A stretch of DNA of 63,324 nucleotides, counting the filler, from Lenisia limosa (taxonomy: Eukaryota > Protista > Breviatea): NCBI GenBank assembly GCA_001655205.1. It is 8 parts of 8 records of this genome, joined end to end, with 100 filler letters (N's around TTAATTAATTAA, not from the genome) between each part and the next. Parts side by side here need not be neighbours in the genome. Positions count along the whole stretch, not along the records: positions 25,361 to 49,487 come from LPNZ01009196.1; positions 49,588 to 61,782 come from LPNZ01008650.1; 6 more parts are not named here. One strand, written 5' to 3'. Within the stretch, counting starts at the first letter, position 1. Each line of letters opens with the position of its first letter. The position numbers and the translations under genes were made by a program. This document shows positions 35,470-49,888 of this stretch, in pieces. The notes below the pieces were generated by a model. The model made no database searches, was not told where the DNA came from, and worked only from the letters and a program-made list of their open reading frames with translations.

Positions 35470-37728
35470 ATCCCACAAACATCAACAATGAAAGCTTCAC
35501 CCTCTTCAAGATCATCAAATTCAGCATTGAGCTTCTTGGTTACGTCATCCTAGGTGATCAAAAACAGACTCAATTAATGGATAAATCCTCAACAAGTGTA
35601 AATAAAACGGTAACAATGGGAAAGCACTATGAGATGTGAACGGTATTTAAGAAGCTATGTATGTGCTGCCGACTTCAAACTCCATTTCATCGTTGAATAA
35701 AAGGACGCCATCTTCTTTGTAACACATTTTGTCATCTTCAGAAAGCAGCAGTAAAGGACACCCTTCATCCTGCGCAATCAATTTTTCAATTTCCATCAAA
35801 ATCCAGCGAAAAACTCAGAATCCTACCCCCTCCTACACAAGTACACGTGGCAGTCAATTCAGATGTACATAAAGTTCCATTCTCCTCTTTCTCCTCCAAA
35901 TAGCCATCAATTCCAGGGAAGGCATGCCGTTGTCTTTGATGGTTAGTAGCAGCAGTGAAACGGAGAAAAACTGTGATTTATTCACACATAGATTCAAAAT
36001 AGCCTATTGAGATACTCAATGTGTAATAGCCAGCTTCAGTTAGTCCACATACCCTCTCAGTTGACATGTGTGATCCTGGGTAGCCTAAATCGTTAACAAA
36101 AAAGGTCAATATTTAGACACCATGAGCAAATTAAAATAATAAAGCGTTCCATTAAAACCTCCTTAGCTGGCTTCGCAGATCCGTATCTGAGAGGGCAATT
36201 CGGGTCATCGCAAGCTTGTGGTCCTCTGACAAGATCGTGTTCATTTGTCTGAAGGATAAAAACCATATCCATATATGGACACAGAGTTTCATTTATGACG
36301 CAGCAACAAAGCTAAGTCTCACTTTTGCCTCGGCCACCAAATGTGGAATGATGGTGTAGTCGTCAGCACCGCTCTCCTCTTCCTCGCTGTCGTCATCGTT
36401 ATTGGACTCCTCAATGTCCTCCAAAACAGATAACTTGCCGCCACATTTACCACATTCGTCTAGTGGAAAGTGAGAGATGATCGGGATGTGCTAAATATGA
36501 CAGAAATTTGGTTCACAACACCTCAACAACCAATAACACAAGATGCTATTTTGAAAACAATTGATCTTGTAGTGTTTGGAAAGAAAGAGGAATATTAAAT
36601 GAAACTAAAAGATATCCTCGTCATACCTGTTTCCGACTTTGCTGAAGGCAAATATACAAAGCAATCTGAAAAAATCAATATCCTATCCCAAAATTATGGA
36701 AGAATAATAAAATAAAATAAAATAAATTTTGGTCAAAACTGTCTCAATACATTTATAACGTATCAAAATAGAGAATAGGTACACGTAGGACAGATCCGAT
36801 CCTCTGACCATCACACTGGTATCGGGCTTCCAATTCCGAACATAAATTAACACCCTGTGACCTCTGAAATCAATAAGACGTTTCTAAAAAAAAGTGCTGA
36901 ATTCTCTCGGTTGGTTATTTGTTTATGTTTATAAACGGAAAAATATCTCAAATCATTGATAATTAATACTTGACCAGGGTTAAAATCAAGAAGAAACACT
37001 CACATAATAGGCAACAGTCACAGCGCTCTCGCCGTTAGCTAATGAGTTTAGTGAGTCGGCAACTGTCACATTGCTAAAAGGGTGTGAGTCATTACAATAT
37101 GTCAAAATGAAATAGTTTTTCAGAATAAAACCTACCTCTGCTGACTTGAAGTGTACTCGTTACTAAAGAAGTGAACAGCGAATTACACGAAGTATCACAA
37201 GAATGTATGAAGATATATACATGACAGGTTAAGTAATTCCTCTCAACAGCATAAAATCATCACAAAAAATATCGATAAAGTGTGCTAGTGATTGCCTGAT
37301 TGGTCAAAAATGCTTAACGTGGAACTCCCCGCCTACCCAATTAGAAGAGTGAACTCAGTCGACTCATCTTCTCGCTCGTGTTCCCTGATAGTGATATGAG
37401 CAAATGCAATTGGATATACAACTGGGGAGGCAATTTATATACCCAATGAAGGTTCAAGGACAAAAATAACCTTCAATGATATCACTCTACTTGGTTAGAT
37501 GTCATTAAGCGTTACAGCTGGAACGGGAATTGGAGGGATTGTCAAAACTCTTCTTGCAGCCCAGCCATCAGACCGAATTAACGCTAAAAGCACATCCAGC
37601 TTGAAGTCAGTCTCAACAACCGCCCTCCATTTACTGCCGGCACCAATCTCGCGAAAGACGATTTCAACTGAATCAAGGTGTTCTGATGGAAACATTGGCG
37701 GAAACAAGGTGGTCACCTCAGACTCCAT
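35470..37728 (-). CDS. Uncharacterised multi-exon gene with a Cys cluster and acidic tract
   Basis: Open exon-like blocks with GT/AG ends: MESEVTTLF..PPIPVPA, HIPIISHFPLDECGKCGGKLSVLEDIEESNNDDDSEEEE, ACDDPNCPLRY, GYPGSHMSTERVCGLTEAGYY, RFTAATNHQRQRH, DDVTKKLNAEFDDLEEGE. Phases were not fully verified. Confidence 0.38.
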
Positions 37729-38297
37729 TTTGTCAGTTGCTGTCAGCTATTGGGAAGGTATTCAGGCAGGAGGTAAAGGTGTAAAGTTGTGTGCAAGCAA
37801 GGTGAGTGAAGAAGAGACAACAGCGATTTTCGACTGTTTTCGAAAACTATCGACGAAATAGGGGAATTGAAAAAAAAAAAATTTTCTGTAAGATTGTGCA
37901 TTGTGAAGTAATAATAATTAGTTACGTTAATCTTAAATTAAGATTTGCTAAGGGTGTATATTGCACTTAGAGGTCAGATTCTGTTCATCTGAGTCGTCGT
38001 TTCTTCTGTTTATTTGCGTAATGCTTTCTACTTTGGGTAGATCTCTGCTGAGACCAGCGGTAAGTTGAAAATGACCAATTTTTTGAAATCTTCCTCCGGA
38101 ATTCTCTGATGTGTATCACGTTTTTAGGCCCAGAGTTCCGTGATTTCATCATGGGGAGTGCCATCTTTGAGCGCTTTCCAAAGGTTCGTTCTTCGGATGG
38201 TTTCTTCATTATCAATCGAATCACTCTTTGAATTCCAAACCCATTGTGACGCTTCTTCACCCATTTTTATGGTATATTGACGTATATTCTGTTTAAA

Positions 38298-40923
38298 ATG
38301 TCATTTATACTTCCCATTGCCAAATATTCACCTTTCCTCTTTTGTATTAATGCTCCAAGATTGGTCCGACACTTCGCAACAAGTAAGCTCTACTGGAGGA
38401 GGGGTGTTTGTTTTTTTTTTGTAAATAATGTTCCGTTTTGACTCCACATAGTCAAGGTTCCTGAGATGGGAGACTCTATAACTGAGGGCACGATCATGGC
38501 TTGGAACAAAGGTTGCGGGCTTTCCCGTTGAAGTTGATGTCTTTATCGGGGTTTTGTTTTGAGAATTAGTATTACGCGTTTCTTGCTACATATCAAGATG
38601 TCCTTTATTCTTCTTACTTTTTTTAAAACCAATTTTGTTATCAAGGAGGACATCCTCCGAGAAGGACATCATCCTTTTTGTTCAATATATATTTCACCTT
38701 AATTTCTTTTCATAATATCTATCTAAATATATTTCTCTAATTTTTTTACTCTTACTATTCTTAATTTACACCTGTAGAAGTCTCCGAGTTTGTGGAAGAA
38801 GACGATGTTGTTGTTGAGGTAGGGTTGAGGCATAAATGGGGGAATGCCAATTGGCTATTGTATTCCTTTAAGTGTTTCGTGGATGGAAGAAAACCCCTTT
38901 TTTTTTTCATTTTTTTTTTTTTTTTTTTTTNNNNNNNNNNNNNNNNNNNNNNNNNNNNNNNNNNNNNNNNNNNNNNNNNNNNNNNNNNNNNNNNNNNATC
39001 CCCAATGTGAGCAAAGAACCTAGGGGAAATAAATAGATACTCTCATCCTCAACCGCTTCTTACCTTGCTTAATTCCACATTCCCCTTGTGACGCTGACCT
39101 TTTAGGAATGGCGTTATTGAGAAGGTTTACTTCCAGCCTGGTGATACCGCCAATGTTGGTGACTTGCTCTTCGATATCACTCCAGGAGAAGCCCCTGAGG
39201 TTTGCCTAACTGACACCACATATTTGGCTGCTGATGGATATTGGGGGTTTTTATGATGTAGGGAACCCCTGCCAAGACCAAGGAAGTGGAAAAGGGTGAA
39301 GAAGCCCCTGCTGCTGCCCCAAGTATGGAATATCATTTCATACAGTATAGGTACCCTGTGTATTTTTTTAAAAAATAAAATCATGTTTTGTATTTCCAAC
39401 TCAAATTCGGCTTTTTGTGGCGCTTCATTGGAAAACGTTCATCATCTCAAACACAACAACAGCTATAATCTTCAGCCCCTGCCCCTGCCACCACCCCTAA
39501 GGTTGAACCCACCCCAACAGCCCCTGCTGCTCCGGAGTTTGCTGCGCCTAGGTTGGGATCTGAATTACCTATTTGAAAAACATGACCTCACTAAAATTAA
39601 TATGTTGGTCTAAAGGCTGGTAATTGCTGCGCTGATGGCTTGTTTAGATCCGAGAAGAGAGTGACAATGTCCCGCATGCGTCGCCGTATTGCTGAGCGCC
39701 TAAAGGACGCACAGAACACTGCTGCTCTTCTCACCACTTTCATGGATGTAGGCCTTCTCTTCATAAGTTTGTTGTACTATCTTTAATTTCCTGTTTTTTT
39801 TTGTTTTTCTTCTGAATGTCATCAAGATTGACATGACCAACCTGATCAACCTCCGTTCCGACCTCCGAGCCGACTTTGAGGCCAAACATGGTGTCCGTCT
39901 CGGCTACATGTCCGCATTTGTCAAGGCCTCCGCTGCCGGCATCATGGAGCAACCCATTATTGGCGCCTCCCTCGACGACACTGACATTGTCTACCCTTCT
40001 TACGTTGATATCAGCGTTGCTGTCGCCACCCCAACCGGCCTGGTTGTTCCTGTCCTTCGCGATTGTCAGGTTGGTGCCTTCACCTCCTGATCCGTCATTT
40101 TGTTGTTTATAAATAGTCGTGTGTTTTAAAATATTTGGCCTAAAGTGTGATTCGTTTTTTTTTTTCTTCTATTTTTTATTTGATTTGGGCTTTTTGTCGG
40201 GTTGCCAGCGAACAGAGTTAATGTGGGCTCTTTTTTCATAAATTTTCCAATTTTACTCCCTTGCACACTAGCTAGCAGGACAGAATGCCGTGTATCTTTT
40301 TGATTTCCGGTGTTGAAGATTGAGAGCCGTTCTGTTGACTCGTTCACTTTTTCATTTTTTGTTTTCTGGAACCAGTTGTTTGTCCTGAGTGTTAGTTCTG
40401 ATGCCGCTTATGCCACATCACTGGATTCTGTTCACCTCGTATTAACAAAAGATACTGTGCGTTTTTAATTGCATTTCACTCTTATTGTTCATGATATATT
40501 ATATATTACCCCCGCCGGTTAATTTTGCTGCTCCGTAGATCATTACGATAGCGGCCTTCTTTCATTGTGGTTCACGGTTTGCTTTGGTTATTGTGCCCCC
40601 CCCCCCTCCAGGATATGGGTTTTGCTGACGTCGAGCGCTCACTAGCGGGATTTGCTGATAAGGCCCGGGCTGGCAAGATTACTCTTGATGACATGGCTGG
40701 TAGGCTCATGGCCTCCTTTACTTTCGTGATATCAACCACCATTTTCACCCAAGCTTATTACCAAGGTGGAACATTTACTATTTCGAATGCTGGTGTCTAT
40801 AAGTCTCTTTTTGGCACACCTATCATCAACCCTCCCCAGGTATGTACTTTGTTTTTCATTTTCAACAATATTGTTTTTCTATTTATTTTGAACTATGATG
40901 AGTTTTTATGACACAGCATATTG

Positions 40924-40973
<50 letters not shown>

Positions 40974-41232
40974 ACCACACTATTTGAAAACAATGTGAAG
41001 ATTATTGACAAGTAATGTTGCACTCACCTTAACCTTTTAGTCGGCTATCCTAGGCATGCACGGTATCCATAAGAAGCCATGGGTTGTTGACGGCAAGGTT
41101 GAGCCTCGTGACATCATGCACGTGTGTCTGACTTACGACCATCGTCTCATTGATGGACGTGAAGCTATTCTTTTCCTTCGTAAGATAAAGGAGTGCATTG
41201 AGGACCCCCGTCGTCTTCTTCTTGATCTGTAG
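38298..41232 (+). CDS. DLST: Dihydrolipoyllysine-residue succinyltransferase (2-oxoglutarate dehydrogenase E2), mitochondrial
   Basis: Transit-like [16 protein letters not shown]; lipoyl domain [15 protein letters not shown]; [28 protein letters not shown]; [18 protein letters not shown]; [24 protein letters not shown]; catalytic [13 protein letters not shown]; ends DPRRLLLDL* (TAG 41230-41232). Confidence 0.97.
40925..40971. repeat. (TG)n microsatellite in a DLST intron
   Basis: Uninterrupted TG dinucleotide run of about 46 bp. Confidence 0.95.
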
Positions 41233-42294
41233 TGTTTCTGTACATTCCTGATTGTCTTCATTTGATAGTGTTATTTTCCCATCCCTTTCATTTTAGAGCA
41301 GAATATTGTCAAAACATTGCCTCAACTTCACCCTTAATACCTATACAAAGTTACACAGTTACGTCAATGTGGTATCAGCTAGAAAACCCTTGAGGCTGTT
41401 TATACGTTTATACTGTATGCTAGACCGAGACCGATGGCAAACCGGGTTAACTTTTGAAAAATTTGTATAAATGATGTATAAACACTATTTATAAACATTG
41501 GCAAGGGGCACTCCACTCTGGAAAATTGTACTTCACCAGACTTAAGTGGTGGAGTGTAGAGTATGGAGTCCGTGGCCACATGTATATTTTACTTGTGGAG
41601 ATGAGTGAAGTTGGTAGATTCTAACAAAATCAGTGCAAAGTGCAAATCAGCAAAAATATAACAAATAAAAAATGGGATCACAAGGGGGGGGCAATAGACA
41701 AGAGTGAAATATATGTATATTAGATATATCGAGGAGGTGATATTATATGGGTGGGTTTTGTGCAATGTTTCGTGGTGAAGTATGGAAATTGTGGTTATTT
41801 TAGTGGCATTAGTAGCGTGTCATTTGTTGGAGGAATATTCGTACATAGTAGATTGTGTGACGTGTCACGCCCAAGTCGTCTCTCTGATATATCCTTTTTT
41901 CTTCAATCTAATACGAGTGATTACTTTCACCATCTGTGTTTTACTGGGATAAGCAGTTGTGCCTTAGTTGTAAAAACAAATTATATATAAATACCACATG
42001 GAAAATATTCCATATTAGGCAAATCGATCGATTGAGTTTTCCTTTTGCTATGATTTTCCTTTGTTGTTGTCTTCTTTATCATAGTGTTAAATTAACTGGT
42101 GTGTATTTTCAGATTAAGTAACTATCTGAAGTTTTGCGGTGTGTCACAGACGTTTTCAGAAGAATTTTATTGTACTTTACAAAACATAACCTTGTTAGAA
42201 GCCTATAGTAGACATCAGATCCCCCATTACCTTTTCCTCATATTTTTATTTCGACACCCAGAAGGCCACTTGCACTTAGCATGCTTATTTAACA

Positions 42295-45200
42295 ATGGCT
42301 ATGGTTACTGGCTTACAGAAATCGGCATCTGCCGAAGAATCTCTTACTAAATCATCGGAGACCCCCAAAAAGGCGGCTCATTCTCGCTTTGACGTCCTGA
42401 AGCCCTCTTCTCAACCATTTCATCCAAAACCGAAGCCTGTACCAGCTGTGGAGAGCGATGCTGACAACGGTGAGTAGTCATATTTATTCCGCTCAAACCA
42501 GTTCTCGTCATACTTTGTAGAACCAGCCTTCAGTCGCCTTGTCGTATTTGGCCCCACATCCATGAGTGAAAGTGCCCTTGAAAAACTATATTCTACTTTC
42601 GGCCATGTTGATCACGTTAAAGTCCTAACAGTTGGGGGTTGTCGGATAAATTTGTGGGCGGACTATTTCTTATTCCTTCATTGACTTAACCCCCCCCCCC
42701 CAGGACCCTTCCACAGGCCACGGGAAGGGGGTTGCCTTTATCAAGTTCGACCTTGCTAGTGATGCTGCTCTTGCCATCGATGCTACTCAGGGGTGGGGGG
42801 GGGTGATGTGGGGATTGTCACCATCCATATTTATTCTCCGTGCAATTAGTATTAATATTTCGCCAATAAATATTATTATCAGAGAATTTTTAAAAACTCT
42901 TACAATGTTTACATAAATATTAGAGCTTTTCAAGTACTGGTGCATGAATACATACATGCTTATCATCATAACATCACTACCATAGCTGTTTGATCTGACA
43001 CTCCAGCAAACTTTGGGAAGAAATCAAAGACACCTCAATGGGTAAGGGGTTCAACTGTCATCAAATATTAACGGATTTCTTGTTAAACATCGTCGTGAAG
43101 AAACAATTCAACACTTGTTGTAATCTACTTTGTAGATACCTTAGAAAACAACGAGACGGCAACGTTTTTGGCGTTTTTAGAATCACACAACATACAGCCT
43201 GCGGAATGTGTAGCCGACGTGCGAGGCGAGCCGGATTGGAAGGATCGCCTCAGGGTTGGAGGGCTTGGGTTTTGGTTACCAAAACTGGTTTTTTAATAAT
43301 TAGAATAACATGGTTTTGTTTATTATATTACAATTCGCCAACATCATCACATAATATCCTAATATTTAAGCAAGAATATTGTTTTCACATCGATAATATT
43401 GACATTTTACATTCTATCTTATTTGGACGTAGTCTTAATGTAACTGGACAGGTTGATGTCGCAGCTCCCAAGGGCCACCCTCCTGCCTTCTACAGACCGA
43501 ACAGTCACCCTGATGACAACCCTCCAAGGTCACGTCTCATTTGTTTCTTTGGACAAGTGAGTAGTGTCGCAATTCCTTCCTACCATTTACCGGAGGGAGT
43601 ATTATAGAGCCTATTACCACTAATGAATCAGGATACAACTGAGGTTACTCTGAAGAGTCACTTCAAGGAGCTCGCTGAGCATATCACCTCGGTAACTCTT
43701 GTTGAGGTCGGCTGCAAACAACCTTTTTTTTGTTATATCATTTTCGTATCATGGTCTTCGTTTTACTCATTATGACATAAGAAACGTCAGAATATTGTAA
43801 TATGCTCTTGGTGCTTGCTGAGACTTTTGACCCACCCCAGACGGCCAATAATAAGGGACGTTCCGCGGCATTCATCAAGTTTCCATCTGCCCCGCTTGCA
43901 GCCAAAGCGGTGGAAGTATTCTCCGATACTGGTTGGCACATTGTATAATGAAGAAATGGGAATAGATATATGAGCTTTGTGTTTCCATTAAGTTGTTATG
44001 ATCGTCTATCTTTATTGGGTTTGAAGGAAATGCAGTTTTATCGTGTGTATTTTATTTTAAATCACGTTTTCAGCCCCGCAAGAGTTCCGATGTCAAATTG
44101 CAGACCCCCACGCCCCGCGTCCAACAATGCAGCCTGGAGTAAATACTGTGGGGGGAGGGTGGTAATTTTGTGGACCTCCAATTTGGTACTTTAGCAATTA
44201 ATTATTTAGCCTGGTGGGTCAGTTGCCACGTTGTTCCTTCGGCTCTCCCAAGATGCTACTGTGCGGGATATCAGAAAAGCTTTTGCCAAGTTTGTGGATA
44301 ATGTAACCTCAATGAGAATAACAATACCTGTAACTTCTTTTTCTGGATTTTAATTTGCCTAGATTCCCAGGTCTGGGCTATATTGATGTTAAAATCAACC
44401 ACCTTGGCAAGCGCATCGGTGTTGCGTTTGTTCATTTTGACTCTCCACAGGTGGGCTCTATAAATTACTGATGATACTTACCATTTTAGGCAGCTGCAGC
44501 GGCTTGTCAATATTGGAATGGACGGCTCTTCTTAGGTGTGCATCAGATAGTGTAGTTAGTACATAATATTTCATCTGATTGAATAGTACAGATGCACATA
44601 ATGACTGACGTGTTCTTTTAAACTTGAATGTAATATCATCATAAACTGAATTATGCACTAACCCTTGGAGGTGAAAGAATGCTGTGTTCATTCGCACGCC
44701 CGGTCGTCACTGATCCAGCAAGTTTGCGCGGAGGGGGAGGGGTGCCATAATGAACACGAATCGGCACATGGAAAATGGAACAGTTTTCCTCAAATTAATA
44801 GTTAATGAATATTTTCGATATTGGTTTCAAAATATTTACAATGCAGTGGGACAGCAGATGATGATGCCTTCAATGTCTATGGGGAACATGATGATGGACC
44901 CCATGATGGTTTATTGCCCGCAACCCGTTGATATGAACCCTTCTGTTGTAAGCTCTTTTTTGAAATGTTGTTGGTACTTTTTTGGGGTTTTGATTTCTAT
45001 AGTTCGAGACTGCTAACCAGTATAGGATGGAATTCTCCCGGTGCCAATGTATTCAACATCGATGCCCTCATTACCTGCATCCAACTCGTCAATTTCAGGC
45101 AGTGTTGACTCGCTTTCCTCAATTACTTCGTATCCATCTTCATTAACACAAATGGTGAGCAAACCATCTTCAAGAATTGTTTGAAACCTCCAAATGTCTC

Positions 45201-45885
45201 CAAATAATGAGATGACCATTTTCGAGACATCTTAGTTTTCATTTGTTCATGTTTTGACATTTCGCGTGGTTAGATATGCATGAATGACTTACCCAAAATG
45301 GCAATTATACTTTTAATAGGGATTAACCATTTTAACATAACAAATAAGAGCAAAAGACATATAAAGATCTCCCTCTATGTAACGTTACTACGAGCTCATA
45401 TAATTGACCTCTTTAGCCCATGCGGTACTCCACCCCAGGCGGTCTAGTTTGCTTCAATGGCTTTGGGCCTCCATCGGCCCATCCTTTTGGCCAAATGTGG
45501 TTCTCAATTTCACACGAAGTGAGTTACCATCAACATATCACTACGCAATACTTTTTTAACAGTTTTATTTATGAGGTGAGGGACCGAGTTTTGACTTTTT
45601 AGGTTCTGCCAAGCAAGCTAAACACTTTGCTCAAGCGATTTGAAGGATTCATTAAAGTTGAGGTTGCTCCGTCTGGTATTGATGGCATTGCTGAGGTTGG
45701 TGTATGAATGTAAATACTAACCTGAATACTCACGAATTTTGGTGGATTAGAGCAAACAAAAACACACAAATTTTTTTAAAAAAATACTTGAGTGCATATA
45801 ATTCACCTCCCAGTTTGCAACGGCTTATCATGCGGACATTGCTGCAAGAGAGCTCAACAACACCGCCCTCGGCGGAGTAGTGTGG
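42295..45885 (+). CDS. Multi-RRM RNA-binding protein, RBM45-like (about four RRMs), 3' end in gap
   Basis: RRM1 EPAFSRLVVFGPTSMSESALEKLYSTFGHVDHVKVL|DPSTGHGKGVAFIKF; RRM2 NPPRSRLICFFGQ...KGRSAAFIKF; RRM3 TLFLRLSQDATVRDIRKAF...RIGVAFVHF; a Met-rich linker; a fourth RRM-like block FATAYHADIAARELNN. Confidence 0.8.
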
Positions 45886-46888
45886 CATGTATGGGGGGGG
45901 GGGNNNNNNNNNNNNNNNNNNNNNNNNNNNNNNNNNNNNNNNNNNNNNNGATTACATCTATGAATTGAATAATCTGAAATCCCAAACCAATAAAAAAAGC
46001 ATAACAAACATGAAAAATAAATTATTTTCGTGAGGTATGCTCACCCGTGCAGCGGGTTTCCCAGAATTCCGCGAAATTCGCTTTTTGTTTGCGAAAAGCC
46101 GCGCAGCGAAAAAATATTCAAAAACCATTTCAACAACAAAAATGGGGAAATATCCGCCAAAATGCTGTTTTCCCGCGATAACAATAAAGAAATAATGGGA
46201 CCACCTGATGCTGACCTTCCAGGCCTATCTCCAAGATGGTATTTAAGTTATTTATTTTAAGTTAAGTTATGTTGTGATTCCAGTTTGGTGTTTGTTTCAT
46301 GTTATAAAATGTGTGGTATTTCTGGGTGGTGTTTCTGACGACAAATAACAGGTTTTGTTTCTATTTCAAGAGGAATCTTCAACCTAAGTCATAAGTCCTA
46401 AGCCTTAGTTCAAGTTTGTTGGAATAATCTACATGAGAGTTTTTGGTAATAAATATAACACCTCCTATCAGCATATCAGACAATAAGAATATGGGGCTTG
46501 AAGAAAATCACGTGCGCGATTATGAACCCAGGGTAAGTGCAAATCATCCGAGTAGGGTATCATCACGCCACTAAACCCAACACTAAGCCACTTTCCAGTT
46601 CTTTGCTACTTCCAGCAACTTTTTTTTTTGACACTACAGTCACCACAATAGCCTTGAAGTACAAAGTTGGACGTTTTTACTGTAGCGATTTTTCGCCCAT
46701 ACCGTCGGGTAGCCGCATTATAAATTGCACGCTATTTTTTTGGACTCAAACAAAATAAGAGTGAGTATTAAGGAATTATTGTGTTATTTGTGTTAATCAT
46801 TTAATTAAATATGATAAGGAAGGAAGGGTTATAACACTGTTTGGAAATTTAATACCATTAAGCGAAGCGAACCTTCTTTGAACAGAGA

Positions 46889-49483
46889 ATGTCAGCTGCT
46901 AAGCAGTTTTTATCGCACTTGAAGGCGAAGAAAGAGAGGTCCAGGGTAGATGAGTTCTGTTTTCGACACCTCTTCCCATATTTGCGCAGTGTTCATCAGA
47001 CTGACCTAGTTTTTGATGACTTCAACGAAAAATCGTCTCTTGATACCCACTATGTCCTTTATATGGTTTGCAAGGAACTGCTTTTGTGGCCTATTTGTGT
47101 CCTTTGTTCACAAATACATACAAAATTCTCAGCTATCTTGCTTAGAGCTTTCAAAGCAATCAGCAAACAAGGGCCGTCTAGGGCCTTTGGTGCTCTCTGG
47201 GTCTCACCGTTTCAGATTGAGGCGTTCTCGCTGATCTCACTAGTATTGTCACCTGATTTTGGTTTCCATTCTGAGTAAGCCCCTTTGATTGAGAACTTTC
47301 CTCCATTCCTCCTTCGGCCTACTTCTTTCTCCCTTTGTCATCTAACTGGGATTATATTTTCCTACATATTTCAAAGACACAGCAGGCAATATTGCCTTTG
47401 TTCCTTGGGGAAAANNNNNNNNNNNNNNNNNNNNNNNNNNNNNNNNNNNNNNNNNNNNNNNNNNNNNNNNNNNNNNNNNNNNNNNNNNNNNNNNCACAAT
47501 GTGCTCCCCTTTGCCTTTTCTTAATATTATAGTGGTATCGGCAAGGTTGCAGAATATATGCCCTATCTGCAAGGTATTTGGTTTGGCGCGCCATCCTTCT
47601 ACTTCACAGTCTACTTCATTCTCTCGTGTGTGCTGGTCGTTGTTGCCGGCTCGTTCTACTTCTCTGGCATCTTCCTCCATGCGGTATNNNNNNNNNNNNN
47701 NNNNNNNNNNNNNNNNNNNNNNNNNNNNNNNNNNNNNNNNNNNNNNNNNNNNNNNNNNNNNNNNNNNNNNNNNNNNNNNNNNNNNNNNNNNNNNNNNNNN
47801 NNNNNNNNNNNNNNNNNNNNNNNTCTTCGCATATTCACCCGCTTTTGTCGGGTACATTTCGATGTCGACTCAATAAATCAAAATTAAATCAATACTTCTT
47901 ATAATTATTGATATGTATATGTAGCAGTAAAGACTTGAACTCCAATATATCTGGGGTTTTTTTTCTCTCACCTCTAGATGCAGTATAACCGCTGCTGATG
48001 ATGTAGGAGGGCAAGCCTGTATTCAGTCAGCGGCTCAATGCCATCCTCAACACTCTCTTCAGACTCATGACATCCGTTTTCATGCTGCCAGGTGGCTGGG
48101 TGTATGGCACTGCCTTGTTTTTTTAATCACCTTGTTGTCATTAGAGTTTAATCCAGTAATACATGCAGAAAGCCGCGTACAAGCTATGATATTTCCATTT
48201 GTTTTCAAATACAGTGTTCTCACCTCAACAGCAACGAAACTACCGATCTACGCGACTTTCTTCTGTTACACTATTGACCATGACTACAGCGATAATGGCC
48301 AGTGCTTTAAGGTGGGATTATTGGCATACCGTTGGATCATGTACCTGTTATTTATCTAATCTGATCTTGGATCGAGCCGTGGTAATTAGTGGTTAACGTT
48401 GGAGAAATGATCGCTCTGTTGCTAAAATGACCCATCAGGATACGTGGTGGCTTGCTTTCATCAGTGCCTTGTTTCTGATGGTACATCTCTTTTGCTCCAC
48501 GTCCTACCTCTTTCTGTCATTTGATGGAAACCCAATGAGAAAGTCAGATGGGATGACAAAATTTGGCTGTTTTCTTTGGGTTCTAGTTGCCATTTCAGAC
48601 TCAGTGTTAATCACCATTGGGTTTTGTTGTAAGTTTAACTGGCATGAGTCACAATTGCACCAATAAACAAAAGAGCCTATTTACACCATCATTGATCCCT
48701 ATCGTATTCACGTTATAGGGACTCCAAACATGCTGCGCCTCATAACCGACTTTCGGTCAAAATGTTCCATCTGGTGGTTGTCAACTTATGTGAGCATGGC
48801 TAGAAATGTGTATTTACTATTGCATCGACTCGGATATCTTTTTTATGGGGAGTGATATTCTCCAGAGGATTGGAATGATCAAGATCATCATTTCTAGAGC
48901 TCCGGGTATTAATATTAGTATTGTATTAATACTCAAAGTTCTATAAATTACTCCTATTAATGTTGTTATTAATACTGTATTATATGCCTTTTTTGCTTCA
49001 AGAAATATTATTAATGTTTGATATTACTATATTCATCTGTATTATATATAATATATATATTGATAATATTAATTGACCGGAGCTCTAATAATTGCTGTCA
49101 CTATTTTTCATGGATAATAGTTCTGACACTCCTCCCGAACGACTACGTTGGCATTCGCATCTTTGTCCTGGCCGTCTCAATCTTTTGGCTGTGCAAGGTC
49201 AACTTTGTCCACCTTCCGCTCTACCACAACAACTACAATGTCGTCGTAAGTTGGGGTTCTTGTTGATAAGTAGAGACGTACTTTGTGCAGCGAAATCTCG
49301 TCGCGATTCACTGTACAGCGATCATTCTTCCTGATGTTGATGTTCGTTCTTCTGATGGGAGGAGCCGCAGGCTCAGCGTTTGGTTCCAGTCTCATCATAG
49401 ACTATGTCACCGTCACGTTGTCTCTCCTTCTGGCTTCTGTGTTCGCCTTCATGATCCGTTTGTGGATTGATTGCTTGAACTGA
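46889..49483 (+). CDS. Multipass membrane protein (about 7-8 TM; loosely resembles TmcB/C-type N-terminal regions)
   Basis: Successive hydrophobic exons: QIEAFSLISLVLSPDFGF, FYFTVYFILSCVLVVVAGSFYF, LPIYATFFCYT..GQCF, WWLAFISALFLMVH, IRIFVLAVSIFWLC, FFLMLMFVLLMGGAAGSAF. Interrupted by N gaps. Confidence 0.55.
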
Positions 49484-49888
49484 CTTTNNNNNNNNNNNNN
49501 NNNNNNNNNNNNNNNNNNNNNNNNNNNNNNNTTAATTAATTAANNNNNNNNNNNNNNNNNNNNNNNNNNNNNNNNNNNNNNNNNNNNAGCAATTGACAGT
49601 GCTATGTGGTCCGATATGGGGTGGGGGTGGGGGTTGTGCGTTGCAAGTTCGAATGCAATTGCACATAACATACTCCTCGGTGTACATTGTGTACATTGCT
49701 TCGCAAAGAAATATAAGGCTTTGAATACCCTTAATCCTTTAAGATTCCCGGGTAGAGTTGTACTTGTTATTGAAGCCCTTCTCAAGGACAATGACCCATG
49801 CGGTATGCTCGTGGAAATATAACAGGACGTGAGTATATTATGAATGACACCTAATATCAATATTACATGGTGTATATATTATATCGAT

